Shown: positions 38,021 through 47,864, counted from the first letter of the stretch. The stretch is DNA of 64,000 nt from Euzebyaceae bacterium (GCA_963829805.1 CAWHJR010000002.1:4397418-4461417), one strand, 5' to 3'. Numbers and translations: made by a program. The notes: generated by a model from the letters alone, not told the origin.

Positions 38021-40816
38021 CTAGACGGTGGTGTCGGTGTCCAGGCGAACCTCGGTCGCCAGGGCCGTACGAACCACCTCGACGCTGCAGTTCGCGGTGG
38101 CAACCGTGGTGCAGATCATCAGATTCACCTCGAACGGTGTGAGCCCGACCTCCGTGCCGTCCACGAAGTAGCGGACCGGGCCACCGAACGTGCCCCCCGT
38201 GCCGTAGTCGAAGTCGTCGTAGATGACACCACCGGCGGGGTTGACCACGTCGAACGTGCCGGCCTGGCCCGGGTTGGAATCGTCTACCAAGTCGTCGGGG
38301 ATGCTGCACACCTCAGGATCACCTGCGGCGGCCGGCGAGCAGTTGTTGTTCAGCGTGTCGTTGACGAGCGTGAGGCGCTCGAGGGTGCCGGTCCCGGGGT
38401 CGCCCGCCTGGTAGGTGATGTCGTCACCGGCCGAGAGCGCAGCCTCGAACTCGGCCTCGGTCGCCAGCGCCCCGTCCACCACGAACACGGCGGACGCGGT
38501 GTAGGCGAGGTTGCTTTCCGAGTCGCTGTCCGCGAACATCAGCGTGGCCGTCCCCCCGGAGACCCCAGGTGCGGGGGGTACCCCGAACGGGTCGAACTCG
38601 TCGGTCAGGTCACCGGACCTCGGGAGATGAGCGACGTTGGTCAGGGCGAACACCCAGGCGCCGTCGTTGCGGGACACGCTGAGCGTGTCGCCTATGGTGA
38701 GTGCGGCCTCGAAGGCCGCAAGATCGGCGGCGGTGCCGTCCACGCTGTACGTGGTGGGCTCGGGGCCGGCGTACGGGTACCCGAAATCATTGGCGGCGCT
38801 GGCCGGATCGTCGCCGAGCCAGCCGATCTCGACTTCGCCAGCGAAGAAGCCGCCGCTGGCCACACCGGTTGTGGTCTGGTTGGTGAGTGCGAAGGTCGCG
38901 GGGGTCGCGCCCGCCGCGGGCGTGATCACGATGGTGTCGCCCTCGTGGAGGTCCGCCTCGAACCCTGACTCGGTGACGGGCGCACCGTCAGTGGTGTACA
39001 CGGCCCCTGTGTAGTCCACGTCGACACGCAGCTCGCTGCCGGTCACCGGATCGATGATGTCGAACTCGTTGTTGGCGATGTCGATGTTGCCGATCGTGCC
39101 CGAGTTGATGCTCTCGGGGTCGACGTTGGTGAGGGCGATCGTCTGCGTGCCGTCGGCGTTGACGGTCACGACGACCTGGTCTCCTGGGCTGCACCCGCTC
39201 GCAGGCGCCTCGAAGGCACCCAGCGTGGCCGGGTGGCCGTCGATGGTGAACGTGTCAGCGGCGAGGTAGTTCACAATCACCGACTCGGTCGCGTTGCTGA
39301 AGAGGAACCTGTCGCCCTCCGGGCGGCAGAGCGTGATGACACCCTGGTTGGCCGGGGGCAGCGTGACGGTGATCTCCTGGCTCTCGACCGCTTCACCGTT
39401 GACCGACACCGTCAGCGTGCAGGTCTCCTCGGCGTCGGTGCCGGGGGCGGGCACCGCGACGGCGACGACCACGTTGCCGTCCTCGTCGATGTCACCAGCC
39501 GCGACCGTCTGCTCGAAGTCGCCTTCCTCAAAGCCACAGCCGGTGACGGTGATCACGTCACCCTCGGCCAGGCCAGGGATGGTGATCGTGACCTCACCGC
39601 CAGCCTCCAGCGTGGTCGGGTCAAAGGTCACGCCACTGGGCGGACCCTCGACGTCGACCGGCAGCTCGACCTCCTCACCCACCAGCGCGCAGTCGTTGGC
39701 GCCCGGCAGACACACCACGTGGTCGTTGCTGTGATCGTTGAGCTCGAACTCAGCGCCAGGGTCCTGCGCGAACCCAGCCGGGGGCGCGTCGGCCTCGAAC
39801 GGCACCAGGAACTCGGCGGTCTCCGGCGGCAGCGAGTCCTCCGCGGAGTCGTCCAGCACGATCGGGCCCGGGGTCAGACCCGAAAGCGCAGCACCAGCGA
39901 AACCGTCGACCCAGGCGTCGCCGCCCTCGCCGTCGGCAACGATGGTCAGCTCAGGGTCGTTGGAGTCAGTCCAGCCACGCGCCTCGGCGATCAGCACCGC
40001 CGTGTGCGCACGGTTGGCGCCACCCACACGCTCGACGCTGTCGACCATCCCTTCCAGCTGGTCCTCGACCGCCTGGCTCACCGCAGCGGTGCCACCGATG
40101 ATGATCGCGTTGCTGAAGCCGCCCGCCTCGATCGCCGCGGCGGTCGACTCCGTGAGGGTCTCACCCAGCGCCGACTCGTCGATGTCGGGGGTGGCCGGGT
40201 CGTCCTCGCCCGGCGGGTAGGTGAACAGGATCGGCCAGCCCTGCTCGGCAGCCCAGCCGCCGGCGGCCAGCGCATCTACGAACGCCGACGTCGCGGGGTC
40301 AGCGAACGCCGGGTGCGAGCGCGCCAGCAAGAATGTGTCGCCGTTGACGAACTCGGCGATGTCGATCGCGGTCTCGGTGCGGGTCGCGCCCTCGAAACGC
40401 TCACCCACTGTGAAGCCGGCAGCCTCAATGTCGGCGGCCACGTCAGCCGACACGGCCTCCTCGCCACCCAGGATGTGCACCGTCGTCACACCCAGACGGT
40501 TGAGCTCGTCGACCACACGCTCGTCCAAAGCGTCCGCGGCCGTGAGCAGCAGCGGACGGCCGCCACCCTGCAGCGAGCCCGACGCCAAAGAATCCGCGAA
40601 CAAGTCGTCACGGCCGATCAGCGCCTCCGCGGCGCCGGCGAAGGTGTACTGGCTGATACGGATCGCGACGCCGACGTTGTCCTCGCCCTCAGCCACATCC
40701 AAGTCGACGACACGCTCGTCTTGCGCCGAAGCCGTCGCCAACGGCAGCAAGGCCGCCACCAGAAGGGCGAGCATCCCCACCAGCGTGGCGCGCCCCGCCA
40801 GAGAACTACCAGTCAT
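38021..40816 (-). CDS. secreted S-layer-like protein: signal peptide, CWB2 cell-wall-binding repeats, Ig-like region, novel C-terminal repeat modules
   Basis: ATG 40816 with SD AAGGAGG. MTGSSLAGRATLVGMLALLVAALLPLATASA|QDE. CWB2-type units end in GATRTETAIDIAEF and GANRAHTAVLIAEA. The C-terminal half carries five Y/F-x-V-DG...FEAAL..GD modules. Confidence 0.75.
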   Translation of the reverse strand: MTGSSLAGRATLVGMLALLVAALLPLATASAQDERVVDLDVAEGEDNVGVAIRISQYTFAGAAEALIGRDDLFADSLASGSLQGGGRPLLLTAADALDERVVDELNRLGVTTVHILGGEEAVSADVAADIEAAGFTVGERFEGATRTETAIDIAEFVNGDTFLLARSHPAFADPATSAFVDALAAGGWAAEQGWPILFTYPPGEDDPATPDIDESALGETLTESTAAAIEAGGFSNAIIIGGTAAVSQAVEDQLEGMVDSVERVGGANRAHTAVLIAEARGWTDSNDPELTIVADGEGGDAWVDGFAGAALSGLTPGPIVLDDSAEDSLPPETAEFLVPFEADAPPAGFAQDPGAEFELNDHSNDHVVCLPGANDCALVGEEVELPVDVEGPPSGVTFDPTTLEAGGEVTITIPGLAEGDVITVTGCGFEEGDFEQTVAAGDIDEDGNVVVAVAVPAPGTDAEETCTLTVSVNGEAVESQEITVTLPPANQGVITLCRPEGDRFLFSNATESVIVNYLAADTFTIDGHPATLGAFEAPASGCSPGDQVVVTVNADGTQTIALTNVDPESINSGTIGNIDIANNEFDIIDPVTGSELRVDVDYTGAVYTTDGAPVTESGFEADLHEGDTIVITPAAGATPATFALTNQTTTGVASGGFFAGEVEIGWLGDDPASAANDFGYPYAGPEPTTYSVDGTAADLAAFEAALTIGDTLSVSRNDGAWVFALTNVAHLPRSGDLTDEFDPFGVPPAPGVSGGTATLMFADSDSESNLAYTASAVFVVDGALATEAEFEAALSAGDDITYQAGDPGTGTLERLTLVNDTLNNNCSPAAAGDPEVCSIPDDLVDDSNPGQAGTFDVVNPAGGVIYDDFDYGTGGTFGGPVRYFVDGTEVGLTPFEVNLMICTTVATANCSVEVVRTALATEVRLDTDTTV

Positions 40817-41185
40817 GCAAGGCCTCCTTGGCCTGATGTTGTCGGGATCACCGCGCTCACAGGTGGTAAGCCAGCACCCACGAACCCTTCCGCCCGGCGT
40901 GTCCCACCATGTCTCAGACGCGGCCGGGCCTCGCGCCCTTACGTTGCCGCCAGAACCTCCGCTCTGCGCCGCCAGGCCCAGTCTAAGGCACAAAGAAGGG
41001 CTGAACCGCACCGCACCGGGTCTGGTGGAGGCTCGCGCGCACCTGGCTCGCGACAGGGCGTCAAGGGGCTGCCGGTCGGGCGGCTCGGCCGAACCTTGCG
41101 GGTGTCGGCCGGCGAAGGTGCCTCGGGCTCGCCTGTCCAACCTGTCCCGTGCACGCAGCCGCCCCTGACGCGTACGGTCGGGTGT

Positions 41186-42178
41186 ATGGACCGGACGCTC
41201 ATCTCCAGCGGCGAGCGCGCGCCGGACTTCGTGTTGCCGCGCGGCGACGGGGAACGTGCTCGTTTCTACGGCGGCGTGGGCGGGTCGCCGGCGCTGCTGG
41301 TGTTCAACGGCGCGCGCCCGTCAGACGACGTCGCGCCCCTGGCCGACGCGTGGCGCAGCGCGGTGCACGCCGACGCAGCGGTGTTCGTGGTCACCACGAC
41401 CGCGCCGGGCTCGGCGCCGGCCTCCTTCCACGACCCGGACGGCGCGACGCACCGGGCGTACGGCGTCGACCCGGATGGCGCACCGGTGGCCGTGGTGTTG
41501 GACGCCAACGTGCGCGTCGTCGACGCCTGGCAGGTCGGCGACGAGAGGGCCCTCGACCGGGCCGTGGCCTGGCTGGACTCGGAGCCGTCGGGCGCCGGCG
41601 CGCAGGGGCACGCGCCGGTCTTGTTCATCCCCCGCGTGCTCGACGCCCAGCAGTGTGACGAGCTCATCGCGGTGTGGCAGTCCGAGGGAGCCGTCGCCAC
41701 GGGGGTGGAGGCGTCGGTGGGCGCTGCTCGCGCCGAGGCCGCCGACCAGCGCCGCAAGCGCCGGCGCGACCACGTCGTCAGCGACCAGGCGCTGCTGCGC
41801 CGGCTGACCGCGCATCTCGGCCGGCGCGTGATGCCCGAGGTGCACAAGGCCTTCGCCTACCGCGCCAACCGCTTCGAGGGCTTCAAGCTCGGCTGCTATG
41901 AGGCCGACGACAGCGGCTTCTTCGAGCCGCACCGCGACAACCTCAGCCCGGCCACCGCCCACCGCCGCTTCGGGTTCACGCTCAACCTCAACGACGACTA
42001 CGACGGCGGCGAGCTGCGTTTCCCCGAGTACGGGCCGCGGTTGCACCGGCCGGCGGCCGGCGAGGCGCTGGTCTTCTCGGGCGCTCATCTCCACGAGGTC
42101 GTGCCCGTCACTCGCGGACGGCGCTTCGTGCTGCTTTCGTTCCTCTACGCCGGAGAGCAGCCAGCGCCGCGCGTGTGA
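41186..42178 (+). CDS. fusion of a Cys-less redoxin (AhpC/TSA-like) domain and a 2OG-Fe(II) oxygenase (prolyl 4-hydroxylase-like) domain
   Basis: Tail of track ORF 39233..42178 from ATG 41186. N-terminus ERAPDFVLPRGDGERARFYGG...ALLVF without any Cys. C-terminus FFEPHRDN (HxD)...GGELRFPE...GAHLHEV (His)...RGRRFVLLSF. Confidence 0.7.
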   Translation: MDRTLISSGERAPDFVLPRGDGERARFYGGVGGSPALLVFNGARPSDDVAPLADAWRSAVHADAAVFVVTTTAPGSAPASFHDPDGATHRAYGVDPDGAPVAVVLDANVRVVDAWQVGDERALDRAVAWLDSEPSGAGAQGHAPVLFIPRVLDAQQCDELIAVWQSEGAVATGVEASVGAARAEAADQRRKRRRDHVVSDQALLRRLTAHLGRRVMPEVHKAFAYRANRFEGFKLGCYEADDSGFFEPHRDNLSPATAHRRFGFTLNLNDDYDGGELRFPEYGPRLHRPAAGEALVFSGAHLHEVVPVTRGRRFVLLSFLYAGEQPAPRV

Positions 42179-42226
42179 CGTCAGTCAGTCACGAACGAAA
42201 CCGAGAGCGCCCGCGACCTGGAGGGA

Positions 42227-42607
42227 TCACTCGGACGTGGCTCTCCAGGGGGCCCGCCACTCGGGCGCCTCCCACTGCTGGGTGATGTAGATCGACTCGT
42301 GCGCGACCTTGTCCCCGCGGAACTCCAGGATGTTGACGGTGGGGTTCCAGTCCCCGCCGTCGTAGCTGATGGAGTTCTCCGCCACCCAGAAGTCGCCAGA
42401 CCCGCGGATACGCCGGATCTGGAACGCCAGGTCGGCGGGGTACGCGCGCCGCCATTCACGGAAGTTCTCGACGCCTTCGAACCGCTCACCTGACTGCGGG
42501 AACTCCAGCACGGCGTCGTCGTGGTAGATGTCGTGTGCGAGGTCCTGATCCGTCGCTGCGTACTCCCAGTGGCGCTCCAGCGCGGCCCTGATCTGCCCTT
42601 CGTCCAT
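42227..42607 (-). CDS. SnoaL-like / NTF2 superfamily protein
   Basis: 126 aa. MDEGQIRAALERHWEYAATDQDLAHDIYHDDAVLEFPQSGERFEG...NILEFRGDKVAHESIY. Confidence 0.7.
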   Translation of the reverse strand: MDEGQIRAALERHWEYAATDQDLAHDIYHDDAVLEFPQSGERFEGVENFREWRRAYPADLAFQIRRIRGSGDFWVAENSISYDGGDWNPTVNILEFRGDKVAHESIYITQQWEAPEWRAPWRATSE

Positions 42608-42640
42608 GGAGGTCGCATCGTGCCATGAAGCCCTGGGTCA

Positions 42641-45571
42641 GTGCGATGGTCGCCGCCACGTAACCGGGATACTCGCTCGGTGCGAGATTTCCTCTGCCCG
42701 TCGGTCATCGGACGGGACCGCGAGATCGCGGAGCTGACCGGGGCGCTGCACAGCGCTGCCGACTCGCGGGGATCTGCCTACTTCCTGGTCGGAGAGGCCG
42801 GCATCGGCAAGTCGCGACTCGTGCGGGAGCTGGTCGACACAGCTCGCGGGCTGCGGCTGCCGGTGCTGCTCGGGCGCGCCACCCAGTCGACCGGAACCGT
42901 CGCCTTCAGGCCGGTTTCCGAGGCGCTCTTCTCGTACTTCCGTGGCGCGGCCCTGCCGGACGTCGCGGAGCTGGAACCGTTCCGCGGCTCGCTCGCCCGT
43001 CTCGTTCCGCAGTGGCGTCAGGACGACGTGCCCGGTGCTGCCGACTCCGTGGTCATGCTCGCCGAGGCCATCCTGCGGCTGTTGCGCGCAGTGGCGGGAC
43101 AGACCGGCTGCCTGCTCGGCTTGGAGGACCTGCACTGGGCGGACCCGGAGACATTGGCCATCGTCGAGTACCTGAGCGAGAACCTCGCGTCCGAGCCGGT
43201 ACTGCTGCTGTGCTCGGTGCGATCAGAGCCCGGTCCGGCGCTGGACCTGGTGAGCTCGCTCGCCGCCCGCCGGACGGTCTCGGTCGCGAACCTCGTCCGG
43301 TTGGATCCCGCCGACACCGCTGCCATGGGGCGCGCCTGCCTGTCGGCCCCGGATCTGCCCGACCAGGTGCGCACGCTGCTCGAGGCGAACGCCGACGGCT
43401 TGCCGTTCTTCGTCGAGGAGCTGCTCGCCGGCGCGGTCGACGCGGGTGCTCTCGTGCGGCGCGACGATGGCTGGGCGGTGCAAGGGCAGGTCGAGCCACA
43501 GGTCCCCCACACCTTCGTCGCGAGCGTCGACCGCCGCCTCGCCTCACTGGGAGACGCCGCACAGATCCTGGTCACCGCCGCGGTGCTCGGCAGGCGGTTC
43601 GACTGGGCGGTGTTGTGCGAAGTGACCGGCCAGCCGCAGGCCGTCGTACTGGATGCGCTGCGCGCCGGCGTCGACGCCCAGCTGCTGGTTGCCGATCCGG
43701 CCGCGCCAGGGTCGATGGAGTTCCGGCACGCGCTCACGCGCGACGCGATCGTGGGGCGTTTGCTCGCGGTCGAGCTGGCCGAGGTTGCACGACGTGCGTT
43801 GGAGGCGATCCTGTCGGCTCACCCGGATGTCCCGGGTGAGTGGTGCGACCTGAGCGCCCGGCTTGCCGAGCGGGCTGGGGACTCTCGCGCAGCCTCCCTG
43901 CTGCTCGAGTCGGGGCGCAGGTCGCTGGCGCAGGGTGCCCTCGCCAGCGCCGAAGACGCGTTCCAACGCAGCAGGGACCTCGCCGTCGATCCCGCGGTCA
44001 CGGCCGACGCGACCGAGGCGCTGTGCGAGACCCTCGCTCTTGCCGGCAAGGTCGACGACGCACTCGATGTCGGTCGGGCACTCACCAGCGCGTTGAACGT
44101 CGTCGCGGCACCGCCGCAGCGGCTCGGCTTGGTGCATTCGCGGCTCGCGGGTGCGGCGGCCGCCGCGAGCCGGTGGGATGTCGCCCAGCGGCACCTCGAG
44201 CTCGCGCGACGTCACGCCCAGGAGGCCGGGGACCTGAGCCTCATCGCGCGCACGACCGTCATCGCCGCCCAGATCTCCTACAGCCAAGGCGACGCCGACC
44301 TGGCCGGCGAGCTGGCTCGATCGGTCCTGGCCGAGGTCGAGGACCGTGGGCCGTACGACGTGGCCTGCGAAGCGCTGCTCCTGATCGGCCACTGCGCGCG
44401 GGTGAGTGACGTGGACGGCGCCGAACAGGCCTACCTCGCAGCGGTCTCCGTCGCCGAACGAAACGGGCTGGAGCTGCTGCGCGGTCGCGCCCTGTTCGAG
44501 GTCGGCACGATCGACTTCATGACCCTCCGTCCGCCGACGTACCTCGAGGCCGCACGGGAAGTGGCCGTGTCCACGGGCGCACTCGCGACGGTGGCCCAGA
44601 TCGACATGCATCTCGGTGCGTGGTTCATCTACCACTTCGACAACGAGCGGGCGATCGAGGCGTGTCGTCGCTCGAGCGAGATCGCGCGTCGACTGCGGAT
44701 GCACGAGCTGCTGGCGATCAACCTGGTCGCCGAGGCGGGGGCGCTAGGCCGGCTCGGCGAGCCCGACCGGATGCAGCCACTGCTCGACGAGGCCACGGCT
44801 CTGGCCGGCGAGCACAGCGGCGTCGCCGGGCTCATGTGGGGGTTGTGCCGGGGAGAGCTGTCGCTGATCGCCGAGAACCGGCGGCGTGGACTCAGCGAGC
44901 TGGCCACGATGATGGATCTCCTGCGCACGAACGCGGTCAGCTCGCCGATCCCGCAGCGAGGCTTGTGGGCGCTCCTCCGGGCGGTCGAGAACGTCGACGG
45001 CGAGGCCGCCGTCGCCGAGGTGCGGGCCTCCGGAGCCACCGCCCAGCAGCTCAACTTGGGGTTCGTGCACTATGCCGACGCGGTCCTGGCCGGCCGCGCG
45101 CGTCGTGCCGACCATGCCGAGGCGTCCTTCGCTGCAGGCGCCGACGCCCTCGCCGGCCTGACCTGGTACCGCCACTTCGCTCACCGCCTGGTCGCAGAAG
45201 CTGCGATCGCTGACGGATGGGGGAGTCCCGTCGCGTGGCTGATGCCCGCTCTGGCCCACTTCGAGGAACACGGCCAGCACCGACTGGTCTCGGCCTGCCG
45301 CTCTCTGCTGGGAAAGGCCGGCGCCCCGATCCCGCGCCGCGGCAGCACCGGCCCCCTGGTGCCCCTCGCCCTGCGCGAGCGTGGCGTGACCGAGCGCGAG
45401 GCCGAGGTGCTCGCCCTGCTCGCCGACGGGATCAGCAACAAGGAGATCGCGAGCCGCCTGTTCCTGTCGCCGCGGACGGTGGAGCGCCACATCGCCAACC
45501 TGACGGTCAAGACGGACGTCAGCACGCGAACCGAGCTCGTCGCGTTCGCCGCCCGCGCCGGCCGGAGCTAG
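42641..45571 (+). CDS. LuxR family transcriptional regulator with N-terminal P-loop NTPase (LAL type)
   Basis: VIGRDREIAEL...GEAGIGKSRLVREL (Walker A)...LEDLHWADPETL...a long helical repeat region...C-terminal EREAEVLALLADGISNKEIASRLFLSPRTVERHIANL. Start is GTG 42641, with 42680 as the alternative. Confidence 0.85.
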   Translation: MRWSPPRNRDTRSVRDFLCPSVIGRDREIAELTGALHSAADSRGSAYFLVGEAGIGKSRLVRELVDTARGLRLPVLLGRATQSTGTVAFRPVSEALFSYFRGAALPDVAELEPFRGSLARLVPQWRQDDVPGAADSVVMLAEAILRLLRAVAGQTGCLLGLEDLHWADPETLAIVEYLSENLASEPVLLLCSVRSEPGPALDLVSSLAARRTVSVANLVRLDPADTAAMGRACLSAPDLPDQVRTLLEANADGLPFFVEELLAGAVDAGALVRRDDGWAVQGQVEPQVPHTFVASVDRRLASLGDAAQILVTAAVLGRRFDWAVLCEVTGQPQAVVLDALRAGVDAQLLVADPAAPGSMEFRHALTRDAIVGRLLAVELAEVARRALEAILSAHPDVPGEWCDLSARLAERAGDSRAASLLLESGRRSLAQGALASAEDAFQRSRDLAVDPAVTADATEALCETLALAGKVDDALDVGRALTSALNVVAAPPQRLGLVHSRLAGAAAAASRWDVAQRHLELARRHAQEAGDLSLIARTTVIAAQISYSQGDADLAGELARSVLAEVEDRGPYDVACEALLLIGHCARVSDVDGAEQAYLAAVSVAERNGLELLRGRALFEVGTIDFMTLRPPTYLEAAREVAVSTGALATVAQIDMHLGAWFIYHFDNERAIEACRRSSEIARRLRMHELLAINLVAEAGALGRLGEPDRMQPLLDEATALAGEHSGVAGLMWGLCRGELSLIAENRRRGLSELATMMDLLRTNAVSSPIPQRGLWALLRAVENVDGEAAVAEVRASGATAQQLNLGFVHYADAVLAGRARRADHAEASFAAGADALAGLTWYRHFAHRLVAEAAIADGWGSPVAWLMPALAHFEEHGQHRLVSACRSLLGKAGAPIPRRGSTGPLVPLALRERGVTEREAEVLALLADGISNKEIASRLFLSPRTVERHIANLTVKTDVSTRTELVAFAARAGRS

Positions 45572-45670
45572 TTGGGGGCGCCTGCCGCTTGAGTGTCGGC
45601 TCTCCCCCATGTCTCGGCAGCCCGCGGACGACAGGCTCCTTCTCAGTAGCCCACACACGAGGAGGACGTC

Positions 45671-46453
45671 ATGACGACATCGACCCAGGTCCGCATCGCC
45701 TACGACCGCATCGGGGACGGGGAACCGGCGCTGCTGATGCTGACCGGCTGGTGCGCAGACCGGACCTACTTCAACGACCTGATCGGACTCACCGGCCGGA
45801 ACCGCACCTCGGTCGCCCTCGACTGGCGCGGGCACGGCGGCTCGGAGCAGCCCGAGGACGACTTCGGCTCGACCGACCTCGTCGACGACGCCGTGTCGGT
45901 GATCGAACAGGCCGGCCTCGACCGCGTGGTGCCCGTCGCGGCCGCTCACGCCGGCTGGGTCGCCATCGAGCTGCGTCGTCGTCTCGGTCCCGAGCGGGTC
46001 CCCGGGTTCGTGTCGCTGAGCTGGATGGTGCTCGGCCCGCCGCCCCCGTTCCTTCCTGCGCTGGCGGCACTGCAGGACCCGGAGCACTGGGAGCAGGTCC
46101 GCGCCGGCCTCTTCGCGATGTGGACGACGGACGTCACCTCCCACGCCGTCCACGACTACGTGGCGCGCATGGGTGCCTACGGGTTCGACATGTGGGCGCG
46201 CGCCGGTCGTGAGATCGCCGGTGACTTCGAGGAGCACGGTGCGCCGGTCGCAGCCCTCGCCGAGACCCAGCTGCCGACGTTGCACATCTACGCGCAGCCG
46301 ACCGACGAAGCCTTCTTCGAGGCGCAGCAGGAGTTCGCCCGCAAGAACCCCTGGTTCCACGTCCAGCGGGTGCCGGGTCGCAGCCACTTCCCAGGCATCG
46401 AGGAGCCTGTGCACACCGCCTCCGCGATCGAGTCGTTCGTCAACGGACTGTGA
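45671..46453 (+). CDS. alpha/beta-hydrolase-fold protein lacking the canonical nucleophile Ser
   Basis: ATG 45671 after GAGGAGG. LDWRGHGGS is present, but the nucleophile elbow reads VAAAHAGWV instead of G-x-S-x-G. Confidence 0.7.
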   Translation: MTTSTQVRIAYDRIGDGEPALLMLTGWCADRTYFNDLIGLTGRNRTSVALDWRGHGGSEQPEDDFGSTDLVDDAVSVIEQAGLDRVVPVAAAHAGWVAIELRRRLGPERVPGFVSLSWMVLGPPPPFLPALAALQDPEHWEQVRAGLFAMWTTDVTSHAVHDYVARMGAYGFDMWARAGREIAGDFEEHGAPVAALAETQLPTLHIYAQPTDEAFFEAQQEFARKNPWFHVQRVPGRSHFPGIEEPVHTASAIESFVNGL

Positions 46454-46511
46454 AGGAGCCCGTCACGGTGGGCGCGGTATCGCGGGCTGGGAGCCCGGCG
46501 TTGCAAACCTC

Positions 46512-47834
46512 ATGGACCGCGCCACACGATCCCTCTCCAGCGGGCCCCCTTCGTCACCGCAGGCGCAGCAGATCCTGCGGACCTACGTCACGCTGACGCT
46601 CGTCTCGACGTTCGCCTCGTCGACCATCTGGGGGATCAACACCCTGTTCCTGCTCGATGCCGGGCTCAGCGTCACGGAGGCCTTCGCAGCCAACGCCTTC
46701 TACACCGCCGGCATGGTCGTCTTCGAGGTGCCGACCGGCGTCGTCGCCGACACGGTCGGGCGCCGCGCGTCGTACCTGCTCGGCTCGGCGACGCTGGTCG
46801 CGTCGACCCTGCTGTACCTGCTGCTGTGGCAGATGGAGGCGCCCTTCCTGGCGTGGGCCGCGGTCTCGATGCTGCTCGGGTTGGGCTTCACCTTCTTCAG
46901 CGGGGCGACCGAGGCGTGGCTCGTCGATGGCTTGAACGCCACCGGCTACCAGGGTTCGTTGGAGAGCGCCTTCGCCAGGGGCCAGGTCGCGATGGGCATC
47001 GCCATGCTGAGCGGGACGGTCGCCGGGGGCGTCCTCGCCCAGACCACCAACCTCGGAGTGCCCTACGTCGTGCGGGCCGTGCTGCTCGGGCTGTCGTTCA
47101 CCGTGGCGTGGCTGTCGATGCACGATGTCGGCTTCACGCCGAAGCGGGGCACCTCGGTCCGCGCGGAGGTGCGGAGCATCCTGCGATCGTCGGTGGACCA
47201 CGGCCTGCGCAACGCACCGGTGCGCTGGGTGATGCTCGCGGCACCGTTCAGCGCCGGCGTCGGCATCTACGGCTTCTACGCCCTCCAGCCGTACCTGCTC
47301 GAGCTCTACGGCAGCCCTGACTCCTACGCCATCGCCGGCGTCTCAGCCGCGCTGGTGGCCGGCACCCAGATCCTCGGAGGCTCGCTCGTGCCTGCTGTGC
47401 GCAGGATCTTCAGGCGCAGGACCTCGGTGCTGCTCATCGGCACGATCGCGACTGCGGCGATCCTGCTGCTCATCGGCCTGATCCCCAGCTTCTGGCTCGT
47501 GCTGATCCTGGTGGCGGTGTGGGGGACGATCTTCGCGGCGGTCGGCCCGGTGCGACAGGCGTTCCTCAACGGCCTGATCCCGTCCGCCCAGCGCGCGACG
47601 GTGCTGTCGACCGACAACCTCCTCAGCTCCAGTGGCGGCGTCGTCATCCAGCCCGCCCTCGGCAAGGTCGCCGATGTGTGGAGCTTCGGGACCTCCTACA
47701 TCGTCAGCGCCGGAATCGAGCTCCTCGCGCTGCCCTTCCTCGTCCTCGCCCGCCGCGAGCGGGCGGTGTCCGACCAGATCGAGCCGGACGCGGGGGTTGG
47801 CGATGCCATGGCTGATGTGGCGCCCTTGGTGTGA
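46512..47834 (+). CDS. MFS transporter
   Basis: Tail of track ORF 46173..47834 from ATG 46512. 12-TM-like hydrophobic profile and a VADTVGRR motif between TM2 and TM3. Confidence 0.8.
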   Translation: MDRATRSLSSGPPSSPQAQQILRTYVTLTLVSTFASSTIWGINTLFLLDAGLSVTEAFAANAFYTAGMVVFEVPTGVVADTVGRRASYLLGSATLVASTLLYLLLWQMEAPFLAWAAVSMLLGLGFTFFSGATEAWLVDGLNATGYQGSLESAFARGQVAMGIAMLSGTVAGGVLAQTTNLGVPYVVRAVLLGLSFTVAWLSMHDVGFTPKRGTSVRAEVRSILRSSVDHGLRNAPVRWVMLAAPFSAGVGIYGFYALQPYLLELYGSPDSYAIAGVSAALVAGTQILGGSLVPAVRRIFRRRTSVLLIGTIATAAILLLIGLIPSFWLVLILVAVWGTIFAAVGPVRQAFLNGLIPSAQRATVLSTDNLLSSSGGVVIQPALGKVADVWSFGTSYIVSAGIELLALPFLVLARRERAVSDQIEPDAGVGDAMADVAPLV

Positions 47835-47864
47835 CCGCATCGCCGAGGTGAAGGGAAGCGCATC

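Noticed and set aside
37812-38024. 70-aa ORF in the AT-rich convergent spacer
   Set aside because: It has no SD, poor codon bias and no recognisable motif, and it spans the terminator hairpin.
39233-41185. N-terminal ~650 aa of the 981-aa plus-strand ORF 39233..42178
   Set aside because: It is antisense to the S-layer-like gene and Arg/Gly/Val/Asp-rich. Only the last 330 aa, from ATG 41186, show real domain motifs.
35813-42200. Genomic island integrated at tRNA-Val
   Set aside because: I saw no integrase or recombinase and no second copy of the tRNA 3' end by eye. The GC content of the downstream genes matches the rest of the window. Only a local scar is suggested.
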